Assembly: GCA_017504305.1 (NCBI GenBank)
Contig: JAFVRJ010000027.1
Span: 4,172-68,171 of the forward strand
Direction of reading: 5' to 3'
DNA: 64,000 bases
Source: Clostridia bacterium
Lineage (GTDB): Bacteria > Bacillota > Clostridia > Christensenellales > DTU072
The notes under the pieces were generated by a model, which worked only from the letters and a program-made list of their open reading frames with translations, was not told the DNA's origin and did not search any database. How positions within the stretch are numbered: position 1 is the stretch's first letter; each line of letters opens with the position of its first letter. This document shows, one piece after another, positions 46,592 through 55,875 of the stretch. The translations under genes were made by a program, and so were the position numbers.

Positions 46592-47758
46592 CTAATCGAC
46601 TTGCAAAACGAAGAATTTTAGATAGCTTGTTTCTTCGGCGCAAAGCAGATAGGGGTGGTCGGGGGCTTGAGACTTGATTTCTAAACATTTAACCCTACGT
46701 TTTGCTATGCGAGCGCTATCTATAAGCATCCTTTCAAAAGCTTGTTGGTTGACGTAGTGGGAGCAAGAGGAGGTTATAAGATAGCCTCCCTTTTCTACGA
46801 GCTTAAGACCGAGCACGTTAATATCGGTGTAACCGCGTATAGCATCTTTAATTTCCGATGCTGATTTAGTGAAAGCAGGGGGATCAAGAATGACAGTGCC
46901 AAAGGTTTTGCCCTCTTGGCGATAACGGCGTAATACTTCAAACACGTCGTCGCAAACCGTGTTTAGATTGGTAAAACCGTTTAACTCTTTATTTTCATTA
47001 ACCGAGTCGATAGCCTTTTGAGAGATATCTACCGCGGTAACTTCTTTAGCTACGGTCGCGACGTTAAGGCTGAATCCGCCGGTGTTTGAGAAGCAGTCGA
47101 GGACGGTTTTATCATTACAATATTTGCGTGCGGCAAGGCGGTTTTCCTTTTGGTCGAGGAAGTAGCCCGTCTTTTGACCGCTCCTAATGTCAACGGCAAT
47201 TTTAATACCGTTTTCTTCAATAATAACTTTTTCGGGTACTTCGCCGTATAGTACCCCGGTTTGCAGTTTAAGACCTTCTTTAAGTCTGACGTTAACGTCA
47301 CTTCGCTCATATATGCCTTTGGGATTAAAAAGCTCTTTAAGGCAGTCGACTATAAGCCCTTTTCGCATATCCATACCAAGGGACAAAAATTGTACCGAGA
47401 GTACGTCTGCGTACTTATCGATGATGAGGGCGGGGAGGTCGTCGGATTCAGCAAAACAAAGCCTAAAACAGTTGTCGTAACCAAGGGCGCGACGTGCATC
47501 ATATGCGCGCTTTAGGCGCTCCAAATATAGCTCTTTGGTATCCTCAACATCCTCTCTTATAAAAATACGGACTATGATTTTCGATAGGTGGTTAATATAG
47601 CCTTTACCTATGAATTTGCCGTCCCAAGTAAGGACCGTAGCAAGGGAGCCGTTTTTATCTTTGCCTTCGATTTTTTGTACCTCGTTGGCATATACCCAAC
47701 TGTGTCCTGCGAGGATGCGTTTTTCTTCACCTTTTTTCAAATATAACGTGTAACTCAT
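46592..47758 (-). CDS. rlmI: RlmI-type 23S rRNA (cytosine-C5) methyltransferase (PUA plus SAM MTase)
   Basis: 388 aa. N-terminal LKKGEEKRILAGHSWVYANEV, LDCFSNTGGFS and ILDPPAF motifs. Confidence 0.8.
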   Translation of the reverse strand: MSYTLYLKKGEEKRILAGHSWVYANEVQKIEGKDKNGSLATVLTWDGKFIGKGYINHLSKIIVRIFIREDVEDTKELYLERLKRAYDARRALGYDNCFRLCFAESDDLPALIIDKYADVLSVQFLSLGMDMRKGLIVDCLKELFNPKGIYERSDVNVRLKEGLKLQTGVLYGEVPEKVIIEENGIKIAVDIRSGQKTGYFLDQKENRLAARKYCNDKTVLDCFSNTGGFSLNVATVAKEVTAVDISQKAIDSVNENKELNGFTNLNTVCDDVFEVLRRYRQEGKTFGTVILDPPAFTKSASEIKDAIRGYTDINVLGLKLVEKGGYLITSSCSHYVNQQAFERMLIDSARIAKRRVKCLEIKSQAPDHPYLLCAEETSYLKFFVLQVD

Positions 47759-47764
47759 AATACA

Positions 47765-47793
47765 ATTATAGACTATTTACAAATACCGCGCAA
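47765..47793 (-). promoter_or_regulatory. Promoter abutting the rlmI start
   Basis: Read on the minus strand: TTGCGC-17 nt-TATAAT, then 6 nt (tgtatt), then ATG at 47758. No SD sequence. Confidence 0.55.
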
Positions 47794-47828
47794 TAAATTT
47801 TCTACACTTAAGTTTTTAAAAAACACTA

Positions 47829-47857
47829 TTGACTTATCGCGCGCCTGCGAGTATCAT
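47829..47857 (+). promoter_or_regulatory. Promoter of the 560-aa SGNH gene
   Basis: TTGACT-17 nt (tatCGCGCGCctgcgag)-TATCAT. Confidence 0.6.
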
Positions 47858-47885
47858 ATAAGTAAGATTTTTGGAGGATGCAGTT

Positions 47886-49568
47886 ATGAAAATTAAAGTT
47901 GTAGCATTAGTGCTTATACTTGCATTGACCGTTGCCGTAGGCGGAGCGGTTGTTGCTAACGAACTTCTTGCTTTAGATAAAGGCAATCCCGATATTGAAA
48001 TCAGCTTTTGGGGTGACTCGATTGCCGAGGCTTTCCTTGGAGCGTCTCCTATCGGCGAACGCGATGGATTCGGATACTATGGATTAGTAGGTCGCAATAA
48101 CGGATTTACCTTCCACAACCGTTCGGTTTCCGGCCATAAGACCGCTCAAATGTACGAGTACATTAGTGCAAACGAAGATAACGCTCGTATGAATACCGAA
48201 GTTTTGAAGAGCTCCGATATTATTTGCGTATCTATACTTGGTAACGACCTTTTGCAGAACAATATGAGCAAAATGGTTTACGATTACCTCAACGACGACA
48301 CCGCTTTACTCGATAGTAGCGTAGCGAAGGCCAAAGTAGATTTCAAAATGGTTTTCGATTATATCAAAGAGGTTAACCCCACCGCTATAGTCGTAATTCA
48401 AACCGTATACAATCCCGTTTATGAAGGAAGCCCCATTATTGCAAAAGAATATATGGACCTTTTGAAGGCACAAGGATACGACGGCACCTCTATTCGTAGT
48501 GCGGCTTTAGGTATGCTTGAAGCGCTCAACGGTATCATATACGATTATCTTGATGAGAATCCTATGGCATACTATATCCTCGACGTATATAAGGAGTTCA
48601 ACAGGATTTTCGTTGAAGACGAGCATCGCGGAATAGAGCTTTTCTATAATGACGGCGTTCACCCCTCTAACGAAGGCCACGCGGTTATTTCCGGATTATA
48701 TCAACAATTATTCGATTCTCTTGGATTAACCAATCCTGAAGGCGCGCTCAAGAACTACAAGAGCCATCGCGCGGAGCAAATCAAGAGATTATTTGCCGAT
48801 TCTGTAGACGTTAAGGCGGTTACCAAGCAAATTAAAGCTGCCGAAACTTACGACGACGTTACCAACGTATTCTTCCGCGCAACCGAAGGTAAGACCGCTA
48901 TTCTTAACGAGCTTGCCACCGCAAAAAATAAGACCGTAGCTTTTGAAGAAGATAGAGTTTACGACGTTAAAGTTGCAAACGTCATGTCGCCTGAAATTTC
49001 TGCGATGTTAACATATTTTATCGATTATGATAAGAGCTATATTGAGTTCCGCACCGACGGCACCATGACCTTAAAGGTAATGTTATTAGAAGGACTTGGT
49101 TCCTCTCTCGGCGGTATCCTCGGATCAACAGGCGCAGATTTAACTGCCATCGATCTCGATGCGCTTATCGGCGGATACGCACGCGAATTGTTGCCCGGCT
49201 TCACCTTCGAAGACGTCGAAAAGTCCTTTGGCTTATTGACAACCAATACCGGTGTAAGCATTATCGGTCTTGATTTTGATAACGAAGGCGTTAAGGCTAT
49301 TGCAGATTCTATCGAAACCACGGGTAGACTTCCTGCAGAACTTACCCTTCCTGATACTTTAGGTATTGGCTACGAAGGTCGCTATACGGTAAGAGAGGTT
49401 ACCAACCCCACCACCGGCAAGACCTTTACGGCAGTACACATGGGCGCTCCCTATGAAAATGGTGATGGCTTCGTAATTATGACCATAACCGAAAATGAGG
49501 AAGGACAAGAAGAAGTATTCTTCGCCATCGATTTCTTGCAAATTTATATTGAGGCAGTAAGAGGTTAA
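47886..49568 (+). CDS. Secreted or anchored SGNH/GDSL hydrolase with a large C-terminal extension
   Basis: FWGDSIAEA, LGNDLL and DGVHPSNEGH blocks. GGAGGA RBS precedes ATG 47886. Confidence 0.7.
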   Translation: MKIKVVALVLILALTVAVGGAVVANELLALDKGNPDIEISFWGDSIAEAFLGASPIGERDGFGYYGLVGRNNGFTFHNRSVSGHKTAQMYEYISANEDNARMNTEVLKSSDIICVSILGNDLLQNNMSKMVYDYLNDDTALLDSSVAKAKVDFKMVFDYIKEVNPTAIVVIQTVYNPVYEGSPIIAKEYMDLLKAQGYDGTSIRSAALGMLEALNGIIYDYLDENPMAYYILDVYKEFNRIFVEDEHRGIELFYNDGVHPSNEGHAVISGLYQQLFDSLGLTNPEGALKNYKSHRAEQIKRLFADSVDVKAVTKQIKAAETYDDVTNVFFRATEGKTAILNELATAKNKTVAFEEDRVYDVKVANVMSPEISAMLTYFIDYDKSYIEFRTDGTMTLKVMLLEGLGSSLGGILGSTGADLTAIDLDALIGGYARELLPGFTFEDVEKSFGLLTTNTGVSIIGLDFDNEGVKAIADSIETTGRLPAELTLPDTLGIGYEGRYTVREVTNPTTGKTFTAVHMGAPYENGDGFVIMTITENEEGQEEVFFAIDFLQIYIEAVRG

Positions 49569-50386
49569 TGCGTAATTACGATAACTTGATATGTCCAAGA
49601 TGTGGTTGTAGGCTATCTCGTCAAGGAGGTAGCCTATACTGCTTTGGTAAGCATTGTTACGATATCGCATCGTCCGGATACGTAAATTTAGTGCTATCAG
49701 GTAGTAAGGCTCAAACCAACTCCGGTGACAACAAAGATATGATGCAAGCACGGCGCAGAGTTATGGATAGTGGATACTATGCTAAACTCGGTGACGAGCT
49801 TATAAAGCTAATAGAAAGCTATCTGCACGATAGCGTATTGGACATAGGGTGCGGAGAGGGCTATATAACCGGTAGGATCGCAAAAGCCTTTGAAAGCAGT
49901 GACGTGCGCGGATCGGATTTATCTAAAATAGCAATAACGATGGCGGACAAGCGTTACAAGAACGCAAGCTTTATCGTGGGCAACTCCGCATCGCTCCCCA
50001 TAGCGGAAGGTAGCGTAGACGTTGCCATAGCAGTATTTACACCCACTTACTTTGCAGAGCTTGATAGGGTACTTAAGCGTGGTGGAGTATTTATTAAAAT
50101 CGCTCCCGGAGCTAACCACCTTATGGGGGTTAAAGAGCTTTTGTACGAAGACACCTATGAAAACGCACAAACGGTAGAGATGCTCCCCGATTCGCTTACC
50201 CTTATAAAGCATTTTACAATAGAGGATAGTTATACGGCGGAAGGAGGTCTTGTATTGGATCTTTTACAAATGACGCCGTACTATTATAAGACTCCCAAAG
50301 AGGCGATAGAGCGTGTTGCGAAAATGCCTAAAGTAACAACCGAGCTTGCCTTTGATATTAAGGTTTACGTAAAGCATGGAGCGTAG
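49568..50386 (+). CDS. rlmA: RlmA-type 23S rRNA (guanine-N1) methyltransferase
   Basis: N-terminal Zn-binding CPRCGCRL...LYC...HCYDIASSGYVNL, followed by the SAM motif LDIGCGEGY. Confidence 0.7.
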   Translation: MRNYDNLICPRCGCRLSRQGGSLYCFGKHCYDIASSGYVNLVLSGSKAQTNSGDNKDMMQARRRVMDSGYYAKLGDELIKLIESYLHDSVLDIGCGEGYITGRIAKAFESSDVRGSDLSKIAITMADKRYKNASFIVGNSASLPIAEGSVDVAIAVFTPTYFAELDRVLKRGGVFIKIAPGANHLMGVKELLYEDTYENAQTVEMLPDSLTLIKHFTIEDSYTAEGGLVLDLLQMTPYYYKTPKEAIERVAKMPKVTTELAFDIKVYVKHGA

Positions 50387-51044
50387 TTTAGGTGATTTAC
50401 AATACACCTTGCGATACGATAAGCGCAGTAAGCATATCCGCATAAAGGTGGTACCACCTGAAGGGAACGTGGTTGTTAGTTGCCCTTATTTTACATCTAT
50501 TGAAAGGGTGGAAGCATTTTTAATATCCAACCAAAAATGGGTGCAAAACGCAAGGGTAAAAGTGATAGTAAATGCCGGTCCCAAAAGCTATCTTGACGGT
50601 GGTAACAACCTAAAATTGTTTGGCAAAAACTATACGGTTGTCGAAAAGGAAGATAAGCGATATTCGTTGGTTTTCGACAACGATATTGCGATATTAGGTA
50701 GCCCAAAAGGCGCTGATTATAACAAAAAGGTAGCTTATGTAAAACGTTGCTACAAGACTATTGCACAAAAGGAACTTGCTCCGCGCTTTTCTAAATGGCA
50801 AGCTATAATTAACGTGCAACCCCGAGGATTTGGTCTACGTTTTATGCGATCGAGATGGGGCTCTTGCAGTATTAGTACAAAGCACGTAAACTTTAGCGTT
50901 TACGCCATCGAAAAACCTATAGAATATCTTGACTATTTGGTGGTGCACGAATTAGTGCACTTATTGCACCCCAACCACGGTACCGCCTTTCATAATGCTG
51001 TAAAAAAATACTTGCCAAACGCCGAGCGTTTGCGCAAACTGTGA
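50376..51044 (+). CDS. YgjP-like M48/DUF45 metallopeptidase
   Basis: SRWGSCS and HELVHLLHPNHG (HExxH) motifs. Confidence 0.8.
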   Translation: MERSLGDLQYTLRYDKRSKHIRIKVVPPEGNVVVSCPYFTSIERVEAFLISNQKWVQNARVKVIVNAGPKSYLDGGNNLKLFGKNYTVVEKEDKRYSLVFDNDIAILGSPKGADYNKKVAYVKRCYKTIAQKELAPRFSKWQAIINVQPRGFGLRFMRSRWGSCSISTKHVNFSVYAIEKPIEYLDYLVVHELVHLLHPNHGTAFHNAVKKYLPNAERLRKL

Positions 51045-51051
51045 GGCTAAA

Positions 51052-51840
51052 ATGATTATTGATTTCCATACACATATTTTTCCTGACGTTATAGCCCAGA
51101 GAGCTTACGATGCGCTTACCAAAAACGCAAACGGAGAGTATTTTCCGCGTTATGATTTGACGGCCAAGGGGCTACTTGACTCTATGCAAAAATACGGCAT
51201 AGATAAATCGGTAGTAGCGCCGGTTGCCACCAAGCCCACCCAATCGATGAAAAACCTTACGTGGGGTGCAGAAGCTCGTTCGGACAAACTTTACTTTTTG
51301 GCAGGTCTTTATCCTGATGCCGAAAGTTGGGTTAACAACGTAGACGAAGCCCTCCAAATGGGATATAAGGGAATAAAGCTGCATCCCGAATACCAAAACT
51401 TTAATGTTTGGGACGAAAGCATGTATCCTCTTTACGAGTACGCTTTTAGTAAAGATATGTTTATTCTTTTCCACGCAGGCTACGATCCGATAGGTACCGA
51501 GCCCTTCCGTTCCAATCCACAGGCTTTCAGAAAGCTTATAGAGGAATTCAAAGGCGCTAATATCGTATGCGCTCACTTTGGCGGACAAAACCAATGGGAA
51601 GACGTTTATGATTATCTTGCAGGTACCGACGTCTATTTAGATACGTCTATGGGCTTTGCTTATTATGGGGTTGATACCTTTATGAAGATATTTGATAAGC
51701 ACGGAGCCGATAGAATTTTGTTTGCTACCGACTCCCCGTGGAGTGATGTCGGCGAGGAACTTAATACGCTCTTAAACTTAAACATATCGGAAGAAGATAA
51801 AGAGAAAATCCTATATAAAAACGCCCTTAAATTGTTGTAA
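51052..51840 (+). CDS. Amidohydrolase-family TIM-barrel metal hydrolase
   Basis: MIIDFHTHIFPD at the N-terminus and a later HAG...H...D pattern. Confidence 0.7.
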   Translation: MIIDFHTHIFPDVIAQRAYDALTKNANGEYFPRYDLTAKGLLDSMQKYGIDKSVVAPVATKPTQSMKNLTWGAEARSDKLYFLAGLYPDAESWVNNVDEALQMGYKGIKLHPEYQNFNVWDESMYPLYEYAFSKDMFILFHAGYDPIGTEPFRSNPQAFRKLIEEFKGANIVCAHFGGQNQWEDVYDYLAGTDVYLDTSMGFAYYGVDTFMKIFDKHGADRILFATDSPWSDVGEELNTLLNLNISEEDKEKILYKNALKLL

Positions 51841-51943
51841 AAACCACTCAAACGGCGCTTTTATAAAAAATTAGGTCTTGCAAAAAGTAAGTTTTTATAT
51901 TATAATAAATGCTCTATATAATACAGTATAATTTAGGAGTAAA

Positions 51944-52975
51944 ATGTCGGCATACGCAATAACAATCTTAATAATGGTTTTGTTGTATACCTTCTACGTA
52001 GGGTTTAACGACGGCTCGACGGCTATAGCCACGACCGTTGTTTCGCGTGCAATCAAACCGACGACTGCGATTATTGTTGCGGCAGTAACCAAATTTATAT
52101 TGCCGATATGTATTTTCTTTATTGGCACCGGTAGTGTTGCCACCAATATCCAAGACTCTTTGATCTTTGTCGAAAGCTTCCAAAACATAAGCGCGGAAAA
52201 GGCTTTTGCTTTTATATTTTCCGGAATGTTTGGCGCAATGATTTGGGCGGTGATAGCCTTTGTTTGCAAGATACCAAATACCATTTCACATACCTTACTT
52301 GGCGGAATAATAGGGGCCGCGATAGCAGCTTTTGGCTTTGGCGCGATACAGTGGAAAGAGTACGTTTTACTCAACGTAGTAGCAATGGTGCTACTTGCTC
52401 CGCTTGTCGGATTTATACTGGGTTACGTATTCTTATTTATAATCAAAAAGTTTGTTCGTCATGCTCCTCGCGGTATGAACAAAGTGCTAAAAGTGCTCCA
52501 AAGGGTAAACTTAATCGTACTTACGGGAGCCTTTTCTGCCAATAACTCGCAAAAATCTCTTGGTGTACTTTTGCTTTTGAGTACGCTTGGACTATGGAAC
52601 ATCGGCGACGAAATGCCTTTTTGGATTGTACTTGTTATAGCGATTGCTTTGACGCTTGGCATGTTGTTTGGCGGATATAGAGTAATGAATACCGTAGGGC
52701 GCAAGATATTCAAAATTGCACCGATACACTCCGTAGTATCGCAACTTACGACTTCGCTTGTAAGTATTGCCGGTACGGGGCTTGGTATTTCGCTTGGCAT
52801 GGGACAAGTTATGACCTCGTCGGTAATCGGTGTCGGCGCGGCAGAGCGTTTTAACGCCGTCAAGTGGACGACCGCTGGTAAAATCACTTTAGGATGGTGT
52901 TTGACTTTGCCTATTTCGATGGCAGCGGGATACCTTGTATATCTGCTCGTAGGCAAATTGATAATGGGAGTATAA
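51944..52975 (+). CDS. PiT-family inorganic phosphate transporter
   Basis: GFNDGSTAIATTV and the repeated GxxxG-rich PHO4 halves. Confidence 0.85.
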   Translation: MSAYAITILIMVLLYTFYVGFNDGSTAIATTVVSRAIKPTTAIIVAAVTKFILPICIFFIGTGSVATNIQDSLIFVESFQNISAEKAFAFIFSGMFGAMIWAVIAFVCKIPNTISHTLLGGIIGAAIAAFGFGAIQWKEYVLLNVVAMVLLAPLVGFILGYVFLFIIKKFVRHAPRGMNKVLKVLQRVNLIVLTGAFSANNSQKSLGVLLLLSTLGLWNIGDEMPFWIVLVIAIALTLGMLFGGYRVMNTVGRKIFKIAPIHSVVSQLTTSLVSIAGTGLGISLGMGQVMTSSVIGVGAAERFNAVKWTTAGKITLGWCLTLPISMAAGYLVYLLVGKLIMGV

Positions 52976-52984
52976 GGAGTTATT

Positions 52985-53590
52985 ATGTTGTTTTTCAAAA
53001 AGCGTAACGAAGAAAATTTTTACGACCTCTTAACCCGTCAAGCCCAAATGGTGGCTAAAGGTATGCGCCAATTGAGCGAGTACTGCGCAACCGGCTCGGA
53101 AGAAATTGCCGAGAGCGTAATTCGTACCGAAGAAGAGGGCGATATGGTCAGACGTATTCTTATTGATGAAATCAATAAGGCGTTTATTACGCCCATTGAT
53201 CGTGAAGATCTATTTAAACTTTCGGCAAAGCTTGACGAAGTTTTGGACTATGCCAAAACTTCTGTTGACGAGATTCGTCTTTTTAACGTTAAACCGGATG
53301 CTGAAATGGCGGAAGTTACTTCCACCCTTCTTGAGATGGCAGAGCATATTATTCTTGCGGTATCCAATATCGAAAAGCACGAGTCTATAGCGAGCGACGA
53401 GGCTATTTACGTTAAGTCGTTAGAGAACAAGGTTGGCGATATTTGCGTAAAAGGTCTTGCAAACCTATTTAACAACGCAGATTTCCGCACTATTTTCAAG
53501 TATAGAGAGATTTATAGACACTTAAATCAAACGGCGGACATCGCCGATGAAGCAATGGATTGCTTACTCAAGGTATTGGTGAAAATGTAA
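52985..53590 (+). CDS. DUF47 (PhoU-like) phosphate transport regulator
   Basis: 201-aa helical protein adjacent to PiT, with the typical TIGR00153-like pattern (FITPIDREDL...). Confidence 0.75.
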   Translation: MLFFKKRNEENFYDLLTRQAQMVAKGMRQLSEYCATGSEEIAESVIRTEEEGDMVRRILIDEINKAFITPIDREDLFKLSAKLDEVLDYAKTSVDEIRLFNVKPDAEMAEVTSTLLEMAEHIILAVSNIEKHESIASDEAIYVKSLENKVGDICVKGLANLFNNADFRTIFKYREIYRHLNQTADIADEAMDCLLKVLVKM

Positions 53591-53591
53591 T

Positions 53592-54170
53592 ATGGCACAT
53601 AATTTTTACGCGTATTTAAGTCGCATGAGGTACATCGAGAGATGGTCTTTGATGCACTCGACGGTTAAGGAAAACATCATGGAGCATTCCGAGCAAGTAG
53701 CTCAAATTGCACACGCTCTTGCCATGATCGCAAACAAACGTTTTGACAAGCAGGTTAATGCCGATAAATGCGTAACGCTTGCGGTATTCCACGAGTGTAG
53801 CGAGGTCATAACGGGCGACTTGCCCACCCCCATAAAGTACTATAATAACGAAATAAAGGTCGCGTACAAGGCGATTGAAAGCGTTGCTAATGATAAGCTA
53901 TTGAGCATGCTCCCCGAAGATTTTCGTGAAGATTACAAGAGCATAATCGCGCCGGATCCCGATGCATACGAGAAGAAGCTTTGCAAAGCTGCCGACAAGA
54001 TTTGCGCCTATCTTAAGTGTATTGAGGAATTAAAATCGGGTAATAAGGAATTTGCAAAAGCTGCAAAATCCTTGCGTGCAGAAGTCGAGCAAAGTGAACT
54101 ACCGGAAGTCAAGTATTTTATAAAGCACTTTATCGGCGGATTCGAAAAGACTCTCGACGAGTTGGATTAG
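53592..54170 (+). CDS. HD-domain 5'-deoxynucleotidase YfbR-like
   Basis: RMRYIERWSLMH...ENIMEHS...FHECSEVITGDLPTP matches the YfbR HD signature. Confidence 0.8.
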   Translation: MAHNFYAYLSRMRYIERWSLMHSTVKENIMEHSEQVAQIAHALAMIANKRFDKQVNADKCVTLAVFHECSEVITGDLPTPIKYYNNEIKVAYKAIESVANDKLLSMLPEDFREDYKSIIAPDPDAYEKKLCKAADKICAYLKCIEELKSGNKEFAKAAKSLRAEVEQSELPEVKYFIKHFIGGFEKTLDELD

Positions 54171-54184
54171 AAGTTTAAGAATTA

Positions 54185-54213
54185 AAGAGCTTGTTTTTAC
54201 AAGCTCTTTTTTA
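54185..54213 (+). terminator. Rho-independent terminator
   Basis: AAAGAGCTTGT-tttt-ACAAGCTCTTT followed by TTT. Confidence 0.85.
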
Positions 54214-54291
54214 CTGATATTGAGTATTGAAAATACCCTTTAATTATGTTAACATAATGCTATATGCTCGTTATACGTGGAGGAGCGCATA

Positions 54292-55773
54292 ATGATTAAG
54301 AAGTTGTTTAAAAAGTTTTTCGAGTTCAAGCCCGATCGCGAGGTGCAAAACAAAGAGCTTGTCAATTACGCTATAGGCGTATTCGGCCAAAACCATGCTT
54401 ACAACATAATAGCAAACTGGTTTATGTATTTTTGTACCGACGTTCTATACGTAGACGTAATGGTAGTCGGTTTGGTGCTTGGCGCTGCGCGTATTTGGGA
54501 TGCTATCAACGACCCGATAGTTGGTGTAATCGTAGATAGACACACCTTCAAAACAGGCGAAAAGCTACGCCCATTCCTCAAGATAATGGCAATACCAATT
54601 GGTATTATGTCGGCGGTAATGTTTGTAGACTGGGGACTACCGCAAAACATGATGGGCCTTTATATTTGCGCCGTATACTTCATTTGGGATACGTTGTACT
54701 CCTTCCAAGATATAGCCCAATGGGGTATGACCGCAATGATTTCCACCAACTCCGAGGAGCGTGGTAGAGCGGCGCAGTTCGGTCGTATAGGCGCGATGAT
54801 AGGCGGATGGCTCCCCGGTTTAATCGGTATAGCTATTGCAAACTTACCTAAAGTTGGTATTTCGCAAAAAACCATCTTCCTTGTTGCCGGTATATTCTTT
54901 GGATTCGGCGGTATGGCTATCTCTATGATGGCATCCAAGACTAAAGAACGTACACCCGTTAAACCTCCGGAAGGTTCTATCAAAGATGCGTTTAAGCTTA
55001 TCTTTAACAACAAGATAGCTATGGCTTTGGTTATTGCCGAAATACTAGGACACATTACCTTTAGAATACAAGATATCTACTTCTTCAAATATATGGTATC
55101 CGTCAACCTGTTCGGTAAGACCATCGAGGGACTAAACGTTCAGTTTGTTTACGGGCTGTTGGTAGGACTCCCCGGCACGTTATCGATATTTATAGCTACT
55201 TGGTTTGCACGTAAGATTGGCGGTATGAAGAACCTACTCGTGCTTGCCACCTCCCTTAATATTTCCGTTCGTATTATAGCCTTCTTCATAGGCTTTGAGG
55301 GTTATAAAATCGCAATAACAGGTGCCTTAATGGCGCTTGCTGGTATCCCAAATGGCATGATGGGTATTGCAACAACTACCATATGGGGCGATAGTGTGGA
55401 CTACATGGAGTGGAAGACCGGCGAGCGTAATGAAGCCAGCGTATTTGCTTTACAAAACCTTGTTGCAAAAGCAGGCTCTGGACTCGACACGATGTTTACC
55501 GGCATCACGCTTTCGATACTCCAATTTGATTCTACCAAGTATGACCTTGGTGAGCCTCAATCGGAGGTATTCTACAAGTACGTATGGTTGGTATACATTT
55601 TAGGACCTGCGATTGGCTCAATACTCTATTTAGTACCGCTACTTATGATGCGTTACGATCGCAAAACCAAGGAAATGGTTGAGGGTGAGTTACGTAAGAG
55701 ACGTGCCCAAAAGGCTTTGGAAATAGAAGCCGAAGAGGAGTATGGTGTCTCACTCAACTTACCGATCTATTAG
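54292..55773 (+). CDS. GPH/MFS-type glycoside symporter
   Basis: RIWDAINDPIVG motif and about 12 TM segments. ATG 54292 follows a GGAGGAG RBS. Confidence 0.8.
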   Translation: MIKKLFKKFFEFKPDREVQNKELVNYAIGVFGQNHAYNIIANWFMYFCTDVLYVDVMVVGLVLGAARIWDAINDPIVGVIVDRHTFKTGEKLRPFLKIMAIPIGIMSAVMFVDWGLPQNMMGLYICAVYFIWDTLYSFQDIAQWGMTAMISTNSEERGRAAQFGRIGAMIGGWLPGLIGIAIANLPKVGISQKTIFLVAGIFFGFGGMAISMMASKTKERTPVKPPEGSIKDAFKLIFNNKIAMALVIAEILGHITFRIQDIYFFKYMVSVNLFGKTIEGLNVQFVYGLLVGLPGTLSIFIATWFARKIGGMKNLLVLATSLNISVRIIAFFIGFEGYKIAITGALMALAGIPNGMMGIATTTIWGDSVDYMEWKTGERNEASVFALQNLVAKAGSGLDTMFTGITLSILQFDSTKYDLGEPQSEVFYKYVWLVYILGPAIGSILYLVPLLMMRYDRKTKEMVEGELRKRRAQKALEIEAEEEYGVSLNLPIY

Positions 55774-55875
55774 TAAATTACAAAAAATTAAAAATACCAT
55801 TGAAAAACCTTGACTGATAGTATATAATAGTTATATCTATAACTATGTGCAGTACCGCAAGGAGCGCGAGGGAAT

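Noticed and set aside
52459-52998. Long antisense ORFs within membrane-protein and other genes (52459..52998, 60526..61128, 57961..58605, 5018..5461, 20699..21196, 35040..35561).
   Set aside because: Each lies entirely opposite a CDS with clear family motifs. They are typical shadow frames.
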